This document shows, piece after piece, positions 25,318 through 38,798 of a DNA stretch of 64,000 nt. Location: positions 746,001-810,000 of the forward strand of contig CM075996.1 of NCBI GenBank assembly GCA_038087875.1. The letters are read 5' to 3'. The notes under the pieces are model-generated. The model saw only the letters and a program-made list of their open reading frames with translations, ran no database searches and was not told the origin of the DNA. The DNA is from Malacoraja senta (Eukaryota). The translations under genes were made by a program, and so were the position numbers. The number at the start of each line of letters is the position of its first letter. Positions within the stretch are counted from its first letter, which is position 1.

Positions 25318-25743
25318 ACAAGCAGCTCGATTTGTTACACATACCTATGAGAGAGAAGCGAGTGTTACCAAACTTCTGAATTCACTGGAGTGGAACCCTC
25401 TCCAAGAGACGTAAAGCTCACCGTTTGACCTGTTTTTACAAAATGTTAAATGGTCAGCTCGACATAGATTACCAAACCTACACCAAACCCAAACCTATTA
25501 GGAGCAGACGAGGGCATTCGATCCAATTTGAGATACCAGCTACCAAGACAGATGTGTACAACAATTTGTTCTTCCACCGCACAATTAAAGCATGGAACAG
25601 TCTTCACCCTACCATAGTTGCTCAACCAGACGCAACTAAATTTAAGGTAGCTCTTCTTCTCCAAGAATCCTTTTTTGATTAAGTCCACCCTCCGCCACCT
25701 CCAGTTTAAATTCCATTTGGAATATTTTGGAGGACCAAGAACC
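25318..25743 (+). mobile_element. L2/Daphne/Crack-type LINE 3' end
   Basis: AARFVT..SVTKLLNSLEW.PLQ.RR..RLTCFYKML..RRGHS..FFHRTIKAWNSL. Confidence 0.7.
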
Positions 25744-25810
25744 CTTATTCATGTGTCTCCACCAGTGGAAACCTCAGCATCTACACTGTCATGCTCTCTT
25801 GGGGTCTTGT

Positions 25811-26192
25811 ATGTTTCAAAATTCTTAAGGGGTTGGACAGGCTAGATGCAGGAAGATTGCTCCCGATGTTGGGGAAGTCCAGGACAAGGGGTCACAGCTT
25901 AAGGATAAGGGGGAAATCCTTTAAAACCGAGATGAGAAGAACTTTTTTCACACAGAGAGTGGTGAATCTCTGGAACTCTCTGCCACAGAGGGTAGTCGAG
26001 GCCAGTTCATTGGCTATATTTAAGAGGGAGTTAGATGTGGCCCTTGTGGCTAAAGGGATCAGAGGGTATGGAGAGAAGGCAGGTACGGGATACTGAGTTG
26101 GATGATCAGCCATGATCATATTGAATGGCGGTGCAGGCTCGAAGGGCCGAATGGCCTACTCCTGCACCTAATTTCTATGTTTCTATGTTTCT
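25811..26192 (+). mobile_element. CR1 3' fragment (young)
   Basis: FKILKGLDR..RTRGHSLRIRG..FFTQRVVNLWNSLP; (tttctatg)n tail. Confidence 0.92.
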
Positions 26193-26199
26193 AAATAAG

Positions 26200-27880
26200 A
26201 TCATCCCTCATTATTCTGTATTAAAAAAAATACAAACTTGACTAATTATTTTTGGTATGATAGGCCAATCCTTTTATCCCAGAAATTAGTGAATCTTTTC
26301 TGGATGGCCTCTAATGCCATCGATAAGGGGCCAAAAACCATACCAAATATATCAGGTTCAACCTTACCTACACCATGCACAATTGTAAAATTATTTTGTA
26401 TTTCTAAACTCCAGCTCCCCTGCAAAGAATGCCATTTGCCTTCCTAATTGCTTGCTGTACCTGCTTGCTAACTTTTTTTTGTATTTCATGCACAAAGAGC
26501 ACCCATATCCATCGTGTGCTCTGCTCATTTGCAGTCTGTTTCCATTTAGATAATAGTCTGCTTTTAACTTGCTTTTGCTGAAGACCACAGCAGGATATTT
26601 TCTTTTGTTAAACATCAATTGTCAAGTTATTGCCCACAGCAGAATCCATCTATATCCCAATTCCGACCTTAACCCACTTATTTTGTTGTCATCAGCACTT
26701 ATTTTTGTGTCATCAGTAACATACTGTCCTCTTTTCCAAGTTACTAATGAAGGTACTAAATAATTGAGAGCCAATGACTGATTCTTGGGGAACTCCACTA
26801 GTTTCTTCCTTCCGCTTGGTCTGGAAAACCCATTCATTCTGACTTTGGCGATCTGCACAGAACATAAAAGGTCTCCACCCAAAATGTCACCAATTCCTTC
26901 TCTCCAGAGATGCTACCTGCCCTGCTGAGTTACTCCAGCTTTTTGCATCTATCTTCGGTTTAAACCAGTATCTGCAGTTTCTTCCGACATAAACTTCAAT
27001 CCATGTTTATTTAGGTTTATGTTTATTTTTGTCACGTGTATAGCAAAAAGCTTTATTTTGCACGCTATCCAAGATGATCATGGACACCATACATGGAAAC
27101 AATCAGTTCAAACTCATGTACAATAGGTACCATAAAGGGGAAGATGCACATCAATACCATGAGCTGTGATATTGTACACCCGCCTGTTATATGACACCTT
27201 AGCAAATACCTTCTGGAAGTTTAATTTTCTGATATCAACAAGTCTCCGTGATTTGATTCTGCTTCTTACATCCTCAAAGAATTTCGACCAATTTGCAAAC
27301 ATATTTTCTTTTCATGAAATCATGTTGACTTAGTTTGATTGCACCAAGCTTCGTGAAAATGACTAACTATATTTTTCCTTAACTATAGACTCTGCCACCT
27401 TGCCAACGCTAACTGATTGGCCTTTAGTTGCCATCTTTTGTCTTCCTTCCTTGAATATTTGAATCACATTTGTGGTTTTCCAATCTGCTGGTATCCTCCT
27501 GGAACTCTTGAGTTGTGACAAACTTCACCCAATGTCTCCACTATTTCTATAGCTATTTCCTGTAAAACTCTTAAGCGCAGTCCATTGTTTTCTTAGAACA
27601 TATAGCTGTACAGCACACGAACAGGCCCTTTAGCTTGCAATGTTTGTGCCAAACATGGTGCCAAGACCAATCTTTAGCTGCCTACAAGTAATCTATATCC
27701 TTCTATTTCCTGCACATGCAGTGCCTATCCAAAAGCCTTTTAAATATCACTATTATGTCTTCCTCCATCACCATTTCAGGCATTCACCATCCTCTGTGCA
27801 AAGAATAATGCTCCACACATCTCCATTCAACAATGTTTGTCTCACCTTAACTCTTTTGATTTTTCCCTCCTGGGGAAAAG
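26200..27880 (-). mobile_element. Old CR1 remnants with a Penelope-like terminal repeat at ~26868-26986
   Basis: Minus-strand ADDNKI, FQKVFAKV, FFEDV motifs; ccttctctccagagatgc..gagttactccagc repeat. Confidence 0.65.
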
Positions 27881-28169
27881 ACATTCTGGTAATATTTCTG
27901 CTTTTACCCTGGTTGTTTACCAATATCTTGTCCATTATGACAGGAATTGTTCTTCCATGCTATGTAAAACTAGTCAATTTTCCAATGTTGAGATATATGT
28001 GCAATGTTCTCCACTACTATTGATTTAAACTATCTACCATTTTTGTTTCTCATTATTAATTTCCTAGTTACACTCTCCAGGGTTTTTTTCATTTTAGTTA
28101 CCCTCTTCCTGTCTGTGAAGGAATGCCAACTGGGGGAGAGTGAATAATACAAGTGATACCGAAAGAGGG

Positions 28170-28810
28170 TAGCAAAACAGCAGTCAGTAGAACCGCAGCC
28201 TCAATACACCTGCGGTGGGTGCTGACTGTGTGGAGTTTGCACATTCCTTCTGTGACTGCATGGGCTTTCACTGAGCGATCTGGTTTCCTCCCACATCCTT
28301 AAGATTGGGTGGCACGGGGCGTAGCGATAGAGCGACTGCCTTACAGCGCAAGAGACCCGGGTTCGATCCTGACTATGGGGGCTTGTCTGTACGGCGTTTG
28401 TAGGTTCTCCCCATGACCGGCGTGGCTTTTCTCCGTGATCTTCAGTTTCCTCCCACACTCCAAAGACGTACAAGTTTGTAGGTTAATTGGCTTGGTATAA
28501 ATGTAAAAAAATTGTCCCAAGTGTGTGTAGGGTAGTGTTACTGTGCGGGGATCGCTGGTCGGTTAGGACTTGGTGGGCCAAAGGCCCTGTTTCCGCGCTG
28601 CATCTCTATACTAAAAAAACTAAACTAATTGGCTGGTTGATGGGTTTATGTTAACTGTAAAATTTTCCTCATTTGAGTGGGAGAATCCAAAATTGATGGG
28701 AATATGGTGAGAATTAAAATTTAATTAATATAGGATTAGTGTAAATAGGTGGTTGATGGTCAGCATGGATTTTGTTGGTCAAAGAGCCTGTTTCCATGCT
28801 GTACCTCTCT
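28170..28810 (+). mobile_element. Older V-SINE with a younger full HE1 SINE (~28308-28628) inserted
   Basis: Two V domains (28230-28297, 28395-28460); B box ggttcgatcc; the older 3' part resumes after 28630. Confidence 0.8.
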
Positions 28811-28949
28811 GGTAAAAGGCAAGTGAATTAGACAAAGCTATGCCTGGAAGAGAAATAAATAGGAGACTAAATCTGAAATTATCAGCACAGTAAAGAAAAA
28901 GTATGGTGGAAATATAAAGTACATGTAAAGTACATTTTACATGGCTGAA

Positions 28950-29380
28950 GGCCATGCAACACCTGGTACCTTTCCACCATTCAATGACCCAAATGTTCTT
29001 TCCAGCAGGAGCAGCAATTCCTCCAATTTAGTGTACTACATTTAGTGTTCACAGTGTGGGCTCCTCTACCTTTGGAGATACCAAATGCAGGTTGGATGAT
29101 TGATTTGTGGAGCATTTGCTTTTGGTCCTCAGTTATGACCCAGAGAATATACATTATATTTCCATTCTGATGTATCAGTCTGTGGCCCCCTGTACTGTTA
29201 CACAAGGTCAGAAAGGAATAACATCTCCTCTGCTATCTGGGCATGTAGACTGTATTGTTTTCTCCAGATCTACATAACACAGTCCTTTCTCTTAGGATCA
29301 GAACTGGTCACCCAATGTGATTTTTGGCTTGACCTATTCCTCTCCAGTATTACAGCCTGACCTGCTGAGTATGTCCCACA
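28950..29380 (+). mobile_element. Decayed Penelope GIY-YIG endonuclease fragment
   Basis: CSQCGLLY/GDTKCRLDD*FVEHL resembles the PLE motif CGLLYIGETKRRLGDRF.EHL. Confidence 0.6.
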
Positions 29381-30539
29381 GCCTTGCTAATAACAACACA
29401 TATCAGACGAAGAGTAGTGTGCCTCTGCCACATTCACCCATTTGGTCTCGCCCTATCATAATATTCCCTCTGTCCAATCCATTAGTATTGAATTAAATAC
29501 GGTGCCTGGGAAATGTATCGCCTTACTTTAGAACTTGAAAGGGAAGGCTTAAATAGTGCTACTTGGACTTTTGAAATTGATACCACAAAAAGGTCGAGAT
29601 TATAGGGTAGATTTTCTGAATAAATGTCAAAAGAAGAATCATGGCGTGTTCTCAATGATCAACTTAGAAAGTCCTTTGTTTGGCATTCAAGGAGTAAAAG
29701 GATCCAAATGAATGAAAGCTGCTACAAAAATCGGTTTAAAACAAAAACAAAGGCATATGTCCAAAAACTTGCTCTTATTTAGACAATGTCTGTAATCAAG
29801 GGGAACAGCAGTCAAATAATATTCTGGTTCAGCATTTTACTCTTCCGGAAACAAATTAAAGGATGTGTGAAACAGGATCAGGAATTCAATAATACTACAA
29901 ATGGAATGATCTTGTCCCCAGATCCTCTTTTCTCATGTCCCCGGAACTGTTGAATTCCCTATAGGTTAAAAATCTGTTTTGGCTTTGACTATATTCCATG
30001 GCTTCCAGGGGTAAAGAACTTTACCTTCTGAGAAACAAAAAGTCTTCATCATCCCTGTGCTAATGGGCAGCCCTCTTCTGAAACCTATTCTGGATTCCCC
30101 AGTGAGAGAAAACTTGGTGCCCCAGAAGGTTTTATATTGTACGTTCTGATATATGGCATAAACTAAATTTTGGAAATAGTTATTCGCACACTAGAGTGTA
30201 GCATATATATATAACCAAGTAAAATAGCATTGCAGCATTTATGACATTCTAGTTGTAATGGGAATTTAATTGAATTTTATTTATGCAGCGTTTGTCAGTC
30301 ATATCTGGCTGCAACTCTTTTTTAAAATTTATTTTATATTTTTATTAGAAGTAAGTACAATTGTATACAATCATATTTTCATAATACATTTTATGTACAG
30401 CTTCTTATTTTTTTTAATTTTGTAATTAAGAAGAAAAAGAAAAAGAAATTAGATAATGAAGAATAGAAAAATGTGAGATATATAGTGTGTGAAAAAGAAA
30501 AATAGAGAGTGAAAGAAGAAAGTTAAGAAATAGAAAATA

Positions 30540-32351
30540 ACATAGAATTAAAAAAGAACACTTATGTAAACCAAAAGATGTCGGGGGACTTTCACTCCCA
30601 AATTTTTTGTATTACTATTGGGCAATACATATTAAGAATATAATTTACTGGTTGGATAGTTCAACTCAACAGACAGAATGGATAAAAATGGAGAAAGAGG
30701 ATTGTTATCCTTGTAAGGACTTACAAGGACTTACCATCGTCCGCCGGGGGCTTTAACACCGGAGCCCCAGTTCGCCTAGACGCTGCAGTTGGACTGCTGG
30801 ACCGCGGGTGAAGAATAAAGGGAAGAGATAAGACTTTGCCTTCCATCACAGTGAGGAGGTGTTGGAGACCCACTGTGATGGATGTTTATGTAAACTGTGT
30901 TAAGTGTGGGTCTTGTGTTTTTTTGTAATGTAAAACAAAACTGTAGGAATTAAATTTCGTTCAAGCCTAGGCTTGAATGACAATAAACAGCATTCAATTC
31001 AATTCAATTCAATCCTCTTCTCCCCGAAAATAATGAACAATACAATATATAAGAAAAACCCAATTATACAAGATACAATAAGAATATGGAAACAAATAAA
31101 ATTATCCTTAAAATTAAGAAACCTATCATTGTTAACACCGATAGCGAATAATCCTTTATTTAAACCATCTATGATGGATAAAATATATAATCAATGGGAA
31201 AGTTTAGGAATTAAAAGGATCGGGGACATGTATGAAATGGGAGATTTATTATCATTTCAACAATTACAATTAAAATTTAAACTGAAAAACACTCATTATT
31301 TTAAATATTTTCAGATTTGTAATTTTTTGAAGACATACATACAGGGATATCAAAAAATAACTCCTGATTTACTAGAAGAAGTAATGAATATAAAAGCTGA
31401 TACACAAAAATTAATATCATATTTATATAATAGTATCTTAAATATAGATTTACCTGTGACCGAGGTAATTAGAGAAGAGTGGGAACGGGAATTATTGATA
31501 AAAATTACGAAGGCTACATGGGAAAAGTATTTGACATACATTCACAAGTGTTCGATTAACGCAAGACATAATCAAATCCAATTTAAAATTTTACATAGAT
31601 TATATTACTCAAAAATAAGATTAAATACATTTTATCCAAATATATCGCCCATTTGCGATAAATGTTTAACCCAAGACGCAACTATAACACACTCTTTTGT
31701 TTCTTGTATAAAACTTCATGGATTTTGGAGTGATATTTTTGAAATATTTACAAAATTATTTAAGACAAAAATGGAACCCGATAACGAATTGATTATATTT
31801 GGGGTAATGGAAGACGGGAACAAATTGAGCTCATCTCAAAAGTCAATTTTTAATTATGGTTTAATAATAGCAAAAAAATTAATATTGAAATTTTGGAAAA
31901 ATATACCAATACAAACGCTCAAAATGTGGATTGCAAGTATGTTGGATACCGCACATCTTGAGGAAATGCGATTCCTCCTAATAGATAAATTTGACCAATT
32001 CATAACGTCTCCATGTGTCGTCTTTTTGGAAACATATGGTGCAACACAGGTGTAAAAGCTAATCCGTGACTGGGGATGGTCAAGATTATAAATGATCTCC
32101 TTACTTCTATTTTCTTTTCTTCTCTTTTCTTCTTTTGCTCTCTTCTATTTTCTATGTCTCAACTTTCTTTTTTCACTCTCTATTTTTCTTTTTCACACAT
32201 ATCTCACATTTTTCTATTTTTCATTATCTAACTTTTTTCTTTTTCTTCTTTATTACAAAAAAAAATTTAAATAAGAAGCTGTACATAAAAGGTATTATGA
32301 AAATATGATTGTATACAATTGTACTTCTAATAAAATAAAAATATTTAAAAA
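30540..32351 (+). mobile_element. Same-family L1 copy inserted in the opposite orientation into the 3' UTR of the host L1
   Basis: ORF 30973-32055 is nearly identical to ORFs 32648-33358 and 33355-34029 on the - strand; 15-bp TSD aagaaatagaaaata at 30525-30539 and 32352-32366. Confidence 0.92.
30717..31010 (+). mobile_element. Short retroposon 3' end with stem-loops and (attca)n tail, nested in the inner L1
   Basis: Absent from the sister copy at 33511-33530; palindrome ttcaagcctaggcttgaa, then aataaa and attcaattcaattc. Confidence 0.8.
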
Positions 32352-35300
32352 AAGAAATAGAAAATAGAAGAAAAAGAGTAAAAGAAGAAAAGAGAAGAAA
32401 AAGAAAAGAGAAGTAAGGAGATCGTATTTATAATCTTGACCATTCCTCACCCAGTCACGGATTAGCTTTTACACTTGTGTTGCACCATATGTTTCCAAAA
32501 AGACGACAAATGGAGACCAACTCGTTATGAATTGGTCAAATTTATCTATTAGGAGGAATAGCATTTCCTCAAAATGTGCGGTATCCAACATACTTGCAAT
32601 CCACATTTTGAGCGTTGGTATTGGTGTATTTTTCCAAAATTTCAATATTAATTTTTTGCTATTATTAAACCATAATTAAAAAATAATTTTTGAGATGGGT
32701 TCAATTTGTTCCCATCTTCCATTACCCCAAATATAATCAATTCATTATTGGGTTCCATTTTTGTCTTAAATAATTTTGTGAATATTTTGAAAATATCACT
32801 CCAAAATCCATGAAGTTTTATACAAGAAACAAAAGAGTATGTTATAGTTGCGTCTTGGGTTAAACATTTATCACAAATGGGGGATATGTTTGGATTAAAT
32901 TTATTTAATCTTATTTTTGAGTAATATAATCTATGTAAAATTTTAAATTGAATTAGATTATGTCTTGCGTTAATCGAACATTTGTGAATGTATGTCAAAT
33001 ACTTTTCCCATGTAGCCTTCGTAATTTTTATCAATAATTCCCGATCCCACTCTTCTCTAATTACCTCGGTCACAGGTAAATCTATATTTAAGATACTATT
33101 ATATAAATATGATATTAATTTTTGTGTGTCAGCTTTAATATTCATTACTTCTTCTAGTAAATCAGGAGTTATTTTTTGATATCCCTGTATGTATGTCTTC
33201 AAGAAATTGCAAATTTGAAAATATTTAAAATAATGAGTGTTTTTCAATTTAAATTTTAATTGTAATTGTTGAAATGATAGTAAATCTCCCATTTCATACA
33301 TATCCCCGATCCTTTTAATTCCTAAACTTTCCCATTGATTATATATTTTATCCATCATGGTTTAAATAAAGGATTATTCGCTATCGGTGTTAACAATGAT
33401 AGGTTTCTTAGTTTTAAGGATAATTTTATTTGTTTCCATATTCTTATTGTATCTTGTATAATTGGGTTTTTCTTATATATTGTATTGTTCATTTTTTTCG
33501 GGGAGAAGAGGATTGTTCCTATATTACAAGGATAACAATCCTCTTTCTCCATTTTTATCCATTCTGTCTGTTGGGTTGAACTATCCAACCAGTAAATTAT
33601 ATTCTTAATATGTATTGCCCAATAGTAATACAAAAAATTTGGGAGTGAAAGTCCCCCGACATATTTTGGTTTACATAAATGTTCTTTTTTAATTCTATGT
33701 GATTTATAGTCCCAAACAAAATTAGTAATGTTAGCATTCAATTTAGAAAAAAAATATTTTGGTACATATGCTGGTATAGATTGAAATAGGTATAATAACT
33801 GTGGTAGAAAGCTCATTTTAATAGCATTTATTCTGCCTATTAATGATAAAGGAAGTGTTTTCCAAAATTTAATCGTTATATTAAGTTTATTTATTAAGGG
33901 TATAAAATTGGCGTTGAATAAAGCTTTATGTTTTCTAGTACTCTGAATACCCAGATATTTAAATTTTTCTGTTGCTATTTTAAAGGGGACTTTCAATAAG
34001 TGTGTAGATTCTTGAGGTTTTAACATCATAATTTCACTTTTCCAATTTATTCTATATCCAGAAAAGGACTCGAATTCCTCTATTAAATTTAATAAATTTG
34101 GTATGCTCGTTTGTGAATTTGTTATTATAACAGAATATCGTCTGCATACAATGAAATTTTATTATTTGAGTCCCTAGTATTATAACCCTGAATATTCGGA
34201 TGGCTTCTTATACTTTCAGCCAGAGGTTCTATCATAAGGGCAAATAGCAGGGGTGATAAAGCACATCCCTGCCTATTACCCCTTGATAATTGAAATTTTT
34301 GAGACAACATGCTGTTAGTTAATATTCTTGCCATCGGTTTATCATATAATAATTTCACCCATGCAATAAAGTTCTCTCCCATATTAAATTTTTGTAATAC
34401 TTTGTATAAATACTGCCATTCTACCTGATCAAATGCTTTCTCTGCGTCCAAAGAAATAATTGATAAGTCTTCTTCCTCCACTTTATGTGAGTACATTATA
34501 TTAAACAGGCGTCTCAAATTATTAAATGAATATCTTTTGGGTATAAACCCCGTTTGATCAGGGTTTATCAATTTACTAATATATTTGCTTAGTCTTCTGG
34601 CTAAAGTCTTTGCTAGGATTTTCTGATCTGTATTTAATAGTGATATAGCTCTATATGAGCCCGGTTCCTCTAGGTCTTTATCTTTCTTTGGAATAAGCGT
34701 AATAGTTGATTCTGCTAATGTTTCAGGTAATTTATTTTCTTTAAAAACATAAGTATATAAATTAAATAGATAGGGGGTTGTTATGTCATGAAATTTTTTA
34801 TAAAATTCATTACTAAAACCGGCTGCAACTCTAACTACCTTTTGATTGTACAGTAGATATTCATAGTAACCTGGGAACACAGGATTTGGGGTATGTGTAG
34901 TACTTTATGGACCTGGTGTGATGACTGAGTGGTTATTTAAAAATGTCATTCTTACTGATGTGCATGACATCAACATAAATTCTGTACATGCATTGACTAT
35001 AGTATTTTAAAATCGGGAATCAGTTTTACCTGTAGTTTGGAAATGGAATGAAATTGGTATTTCATGGTTATGCGTGGCATTCAGACCTGAAAATGTACCA
35101 AATGATGTAATGTTCCAATAATTGCCCAAGTTGATCATGCACATTGTTTCCTGATCGGTAAGGGGATCAAATCCCAAGCAACAAGAAATTTAAAATCACT
35201 GGGTAGCGAATGTGGAGGAGAGAAATGACTGAAACTAAGAGCCCATTGATCCAGGAAATATAGCTGCAAGGGGTAAATGCTTCTTGGCAGAAGGAATCAA

Positions 35301-38300
35301 GGGATACGGTTAGAAGGTGGATGGTTAAAGTATTTCTCGCAAAATAAACTTTTTTGTTTAACCAGAATCAGAATTCTGTTCCTAAAAATCAAAATATTCT
35401 TAAACTGTAAAGTTGAAACAAACAGAAATGCTCTGTGTACCAGTGTAATATCTTTCAATTCTCTTAACCTGTAAATGTGTAACACTGGACATATTGTTTA
35501 CTTGCCAGTTTCTTCTGTTTAGTGGAAGAGGCAGAAAAAATGCAAGGCCTTTTCTACTTTAGTTTTGCCAAGGAAAAAACTAATTTAAAAAAAAGATCAA
35601 CCAATTGAGTACTCAAAGATAGTGCATTAGAAGTGCTCATTTTTCATTCAACTGCATATGATATTGTTTACACATACAGGCTTGTACAAAGTGTCATGCG
35701 ATATGAAGAGGGCAATTTCTTTCCTTTTAACTTTCTGCAGATAGTTTTATTTTCTCCCATACATTGTTTTGTATTTTTCCTCAGTTTAGATTAATGCTAA
35801 CAAAATTCCTAGGAAAACGAATTCTGTCTATATGAGCAGGGCCTGGTGAACATTCAAGCTACTATATTTGTCACATGTACAGTGAAATTCATTTTAGTAT
35901 TCAGCTCGATACAAGTATCACTTTACATAAGAACTTAGATACATCTTAAATAAGGTAATAATCTGTTACATACATATCAGACATTGATCACCTACAGAAA
36001 AATAGATTCTAACAACTGCCCATGAAATAGTCTCTTTGTTGAATTCCCCACCACCAATACGCTAGAGTCACCGTTGACCAAATCTGAAAATAAAAAAACT
36101 GCTGATGCTGGCAATCTGAAACATTAATGGAAAATGCTGGAAACTCTTATAGGTGCTTCTAGGATTTTCTTATTTTATAAAACGATTGGTCAGAACCTTA
36201 TCCAGACCATACAGCACACAGGCGCGTGTGTACGGGCACGTGCTTTTGGAGTACATCAGAACTGATAAGTGACACGTCAAATGATTGTAGAAGTGTTTCC
36301 ATTACTTGACAGATTTAAGTCAACAGTGTGTTGGAGTACTTTCCATTTGCCTGGATTGATGTAGCTTCAAAACTATATGAATAGGCACAGGATTGGACTG
36401 CCCTTTAAATTTGCTCTGTCATATAATGAGATCAAAGCTGCTCTGGTTGTAACCACAACTTCATGTTCCTGTCTACCTGTGATAACCTTTCAGCACCTTG
36501 TATATCAAGAATTTAAAAATATTCAGAAACTCTGCTTTCAATGACTGAATTCTAAAGATTCACAGAGAGAAAAATATTTGCCTGATCACTCTTTTAAATG
36601 GATGACCCCATATCTTGAAACAGTAATCCTTCCACAAGAGGAAATATTTTCCGAACAATTCCTTGGGATCATGTATGTTTCAGTCCAAGTCCTTCTCACT
36701 CTTCTAAACACACCCATTTGATTAATAGCCCATTCACCATATTACTTAGTCATTCCACCACTAGTGTGATACGGGCATGGAATATACCAAATACAAAATG
36801 GAAGTATTTTATCAGTTTGCCAAACTACTGTAAATGGCACAGCCCAGTGGTTTTTACCACCTTGTAGGGGATGCTAAGCAGGAAAATTGGACAACCAAGT
36901 CACCTCGAGTCAGACAATATCTTGGAAATGTATTGGCATTCCTTCGTTGTCATAGAATGAAAGCCTAAAGCCCCCCAACAAGCAGTGTTAGACTGCAGCA
37001 GCTCACGCAGCTCATCATTTATGTATCACCGGTAAATGGGGATGGGTATTAAATACTAGTCTTACTAAATGAATACATTTATGTGAATGAATACATAAAT
37101 AAAAATAACTCAAAACATTATAGTTATATGAGCAAGTTTATTTTATAAAATGATTTTTTTATTTTTTATTTCTGTCTTATCGTTGCCTCCTGCAGTGATC
37201 TGGGGATTTCTGGACATTTAAATTAAAGTGCATGGGAATACCATTATATCCAATTTCCCTTAGGTCAGGCATTATTGGACTTGGAACTATATTGCCTTTT
37301 CTTTATTGCCATTGATTCAAATTCCTAGTACCCCCAACCTAGACTGCAGTGTTTCAGTCTGTTTGCTCCTGAGTGGATATGCTCTCTTGTACTCTGTTTA
37401 TTTGCATTCTACTGAAATTGCAAAGATTACTCGGGTGCAAGATAACATCAGCAAGATGATGTCATTGACTGAGTGACAGTACATTCAAATCGAGACCTCT
37501 TCCTGCATCCATATACCTACAGATTACATAACCTATACTGAGTCTTATTTTTGCATATAACAGAAATGGAAAATCTGAGGCCAGCATAATATTATCTATT
37601 ACATTCACCAGCTGGGTTATAGCAGGAGCTAAAAATGTGTCATCTGATTCTATACAATTTTTCTTTTACCTCACCATTGAAAAGCATAGATGTAGTATTT
37701 AAACAGCCTTTATGCTGTATATGACTGAAAACAAGACTACTGTTGAAAATCCATTTATGAGTTAATTGCTCATTTCCAGCCAGGTAATAGTCACAGTGGT
37801 TTTAACATGAAAGCAGCTTTATTCCTTGATGCTTTTAAGTCTAAATGTTAGCAAGTAAGAATTGCATTGTTCTATCTGGGACATATGAATGACTTGACTA
37901 GATTGATCTTGTTTGCTAACACCAGGCTGGCCAAAATTAGAGGCATAATTGAGGCATTTGTTGCTATTGAAATTAACTGGAAATGTTATTCATTGAAGTT
38001 GGTCTGTGTAAGGTTATTTGGGTAGAATGTGACAATGGCAGGTTTTGGTGGAATGTTGGGATTCTGCTCACGAAGGAAACGCTGCGCCTTAATCTTTCGA
38101 GAGCGATTCAGAAATGATGTTAATGGGTGCCGGAGCTAAGGGCTGCTACAGTGGAGCTTCCAGGAAACTCCTGAATGGATAGTGGATTATTGAAAGTGTG
38201 ACTGATAACAATAAAATTGCTGATGCAGGTCATTTGTACCATGCATTGAACACACAATGTGGAAAGTTCAACACTGTTTATGGAGCACCACGAATTGAAA

Positions 38301-38439
38301 GAGAGACGAGTGCTGCGTATCTATGTGTCTGGTGAAAGAGATAGCTTGCAGGAAGGCAGTGGAAGAGTTAATGTTGTTGCTAAGTTGCAGATTGCTCTGG
38401 TGCTGTACGCAGAGGGATTAACCTTACAGGGTCCTGCTG

Positions 38440-38793
38440 CATGTTAGAACATGTAAACTACCAATCAGAGTGCCTGTGCTTCTGGGGAAGGTGGGACTCA
38501 GCCTCCCTCTCCCTCCCCCTCTGCCTCTCTCTCTCTCTCTCTTACCCCACCCCCGTATGATTGATGGGACAGTAGATCACATGACAGCCTCTTTCTGAAG
38601 GTCACAAATAAAAGCTTCCCACAGAAGCTGGCTCTTAAGTTCCTGCCAAAATGGCCGCCGCTGTCTCTGCTGGCTTTTGAGCGTTTTTTTTTTAAAAGAG
38701 AAGAGAGAATCTGTTTTGTTTTTGATTTAATATTCTTCTTTTGCTCTTGCCTTGAATGCCTCAACTTGCTGGATCCTTGCACTGCTGCACTTT
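38440..38793 (+). promoter_or_regulatory. TNRC6B: Internal promoter and 5' UTR of the alternative first exon
   Basis: CCAAT 38461-38465, CACCC box 38545-38554, E-box tcacatgac 38577-38585, aaggtca 38598-38604, A/T box 38606-38613, YY1-like caaaatggccgcc 38647-38659; transposon-poor surroundings. Confidence 0.65.
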
Positions 38794-38798
38794 ATGAG
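38794..38798 (+). CDS. TNRC6B: Coding tip of the alternative first exon (ATG AG = Met-Arg start)
   Basis: cactttATGAG|gtttgt; recalled TNRC6A/B main isoforms start MR from a separate first exon; phase 2 matches the end of 9982-10052. Confidence 0.65.

Larger units (their letters stand above)
30319..34820 (-). mobile_element. 5'-truncated L1-clade LINE (host copy): RT plus CCHC domain
   Basis: YRAISLLNTDQKILAK, QTGFIP, LDAEKAFD, RQGCALSPLLF, YADD, CDKC..SFVSC; 12-bp TSD ggctgcaactct at 30307-30318 and 34821-34832. Confidence 0.93.

Noticed and set aside
30973..33358. Apparent duplicated gene pair or assembly misjoin
   Set aside because: Both are L1 ORF2 C-termini, differ at many positions and each has its own TSD
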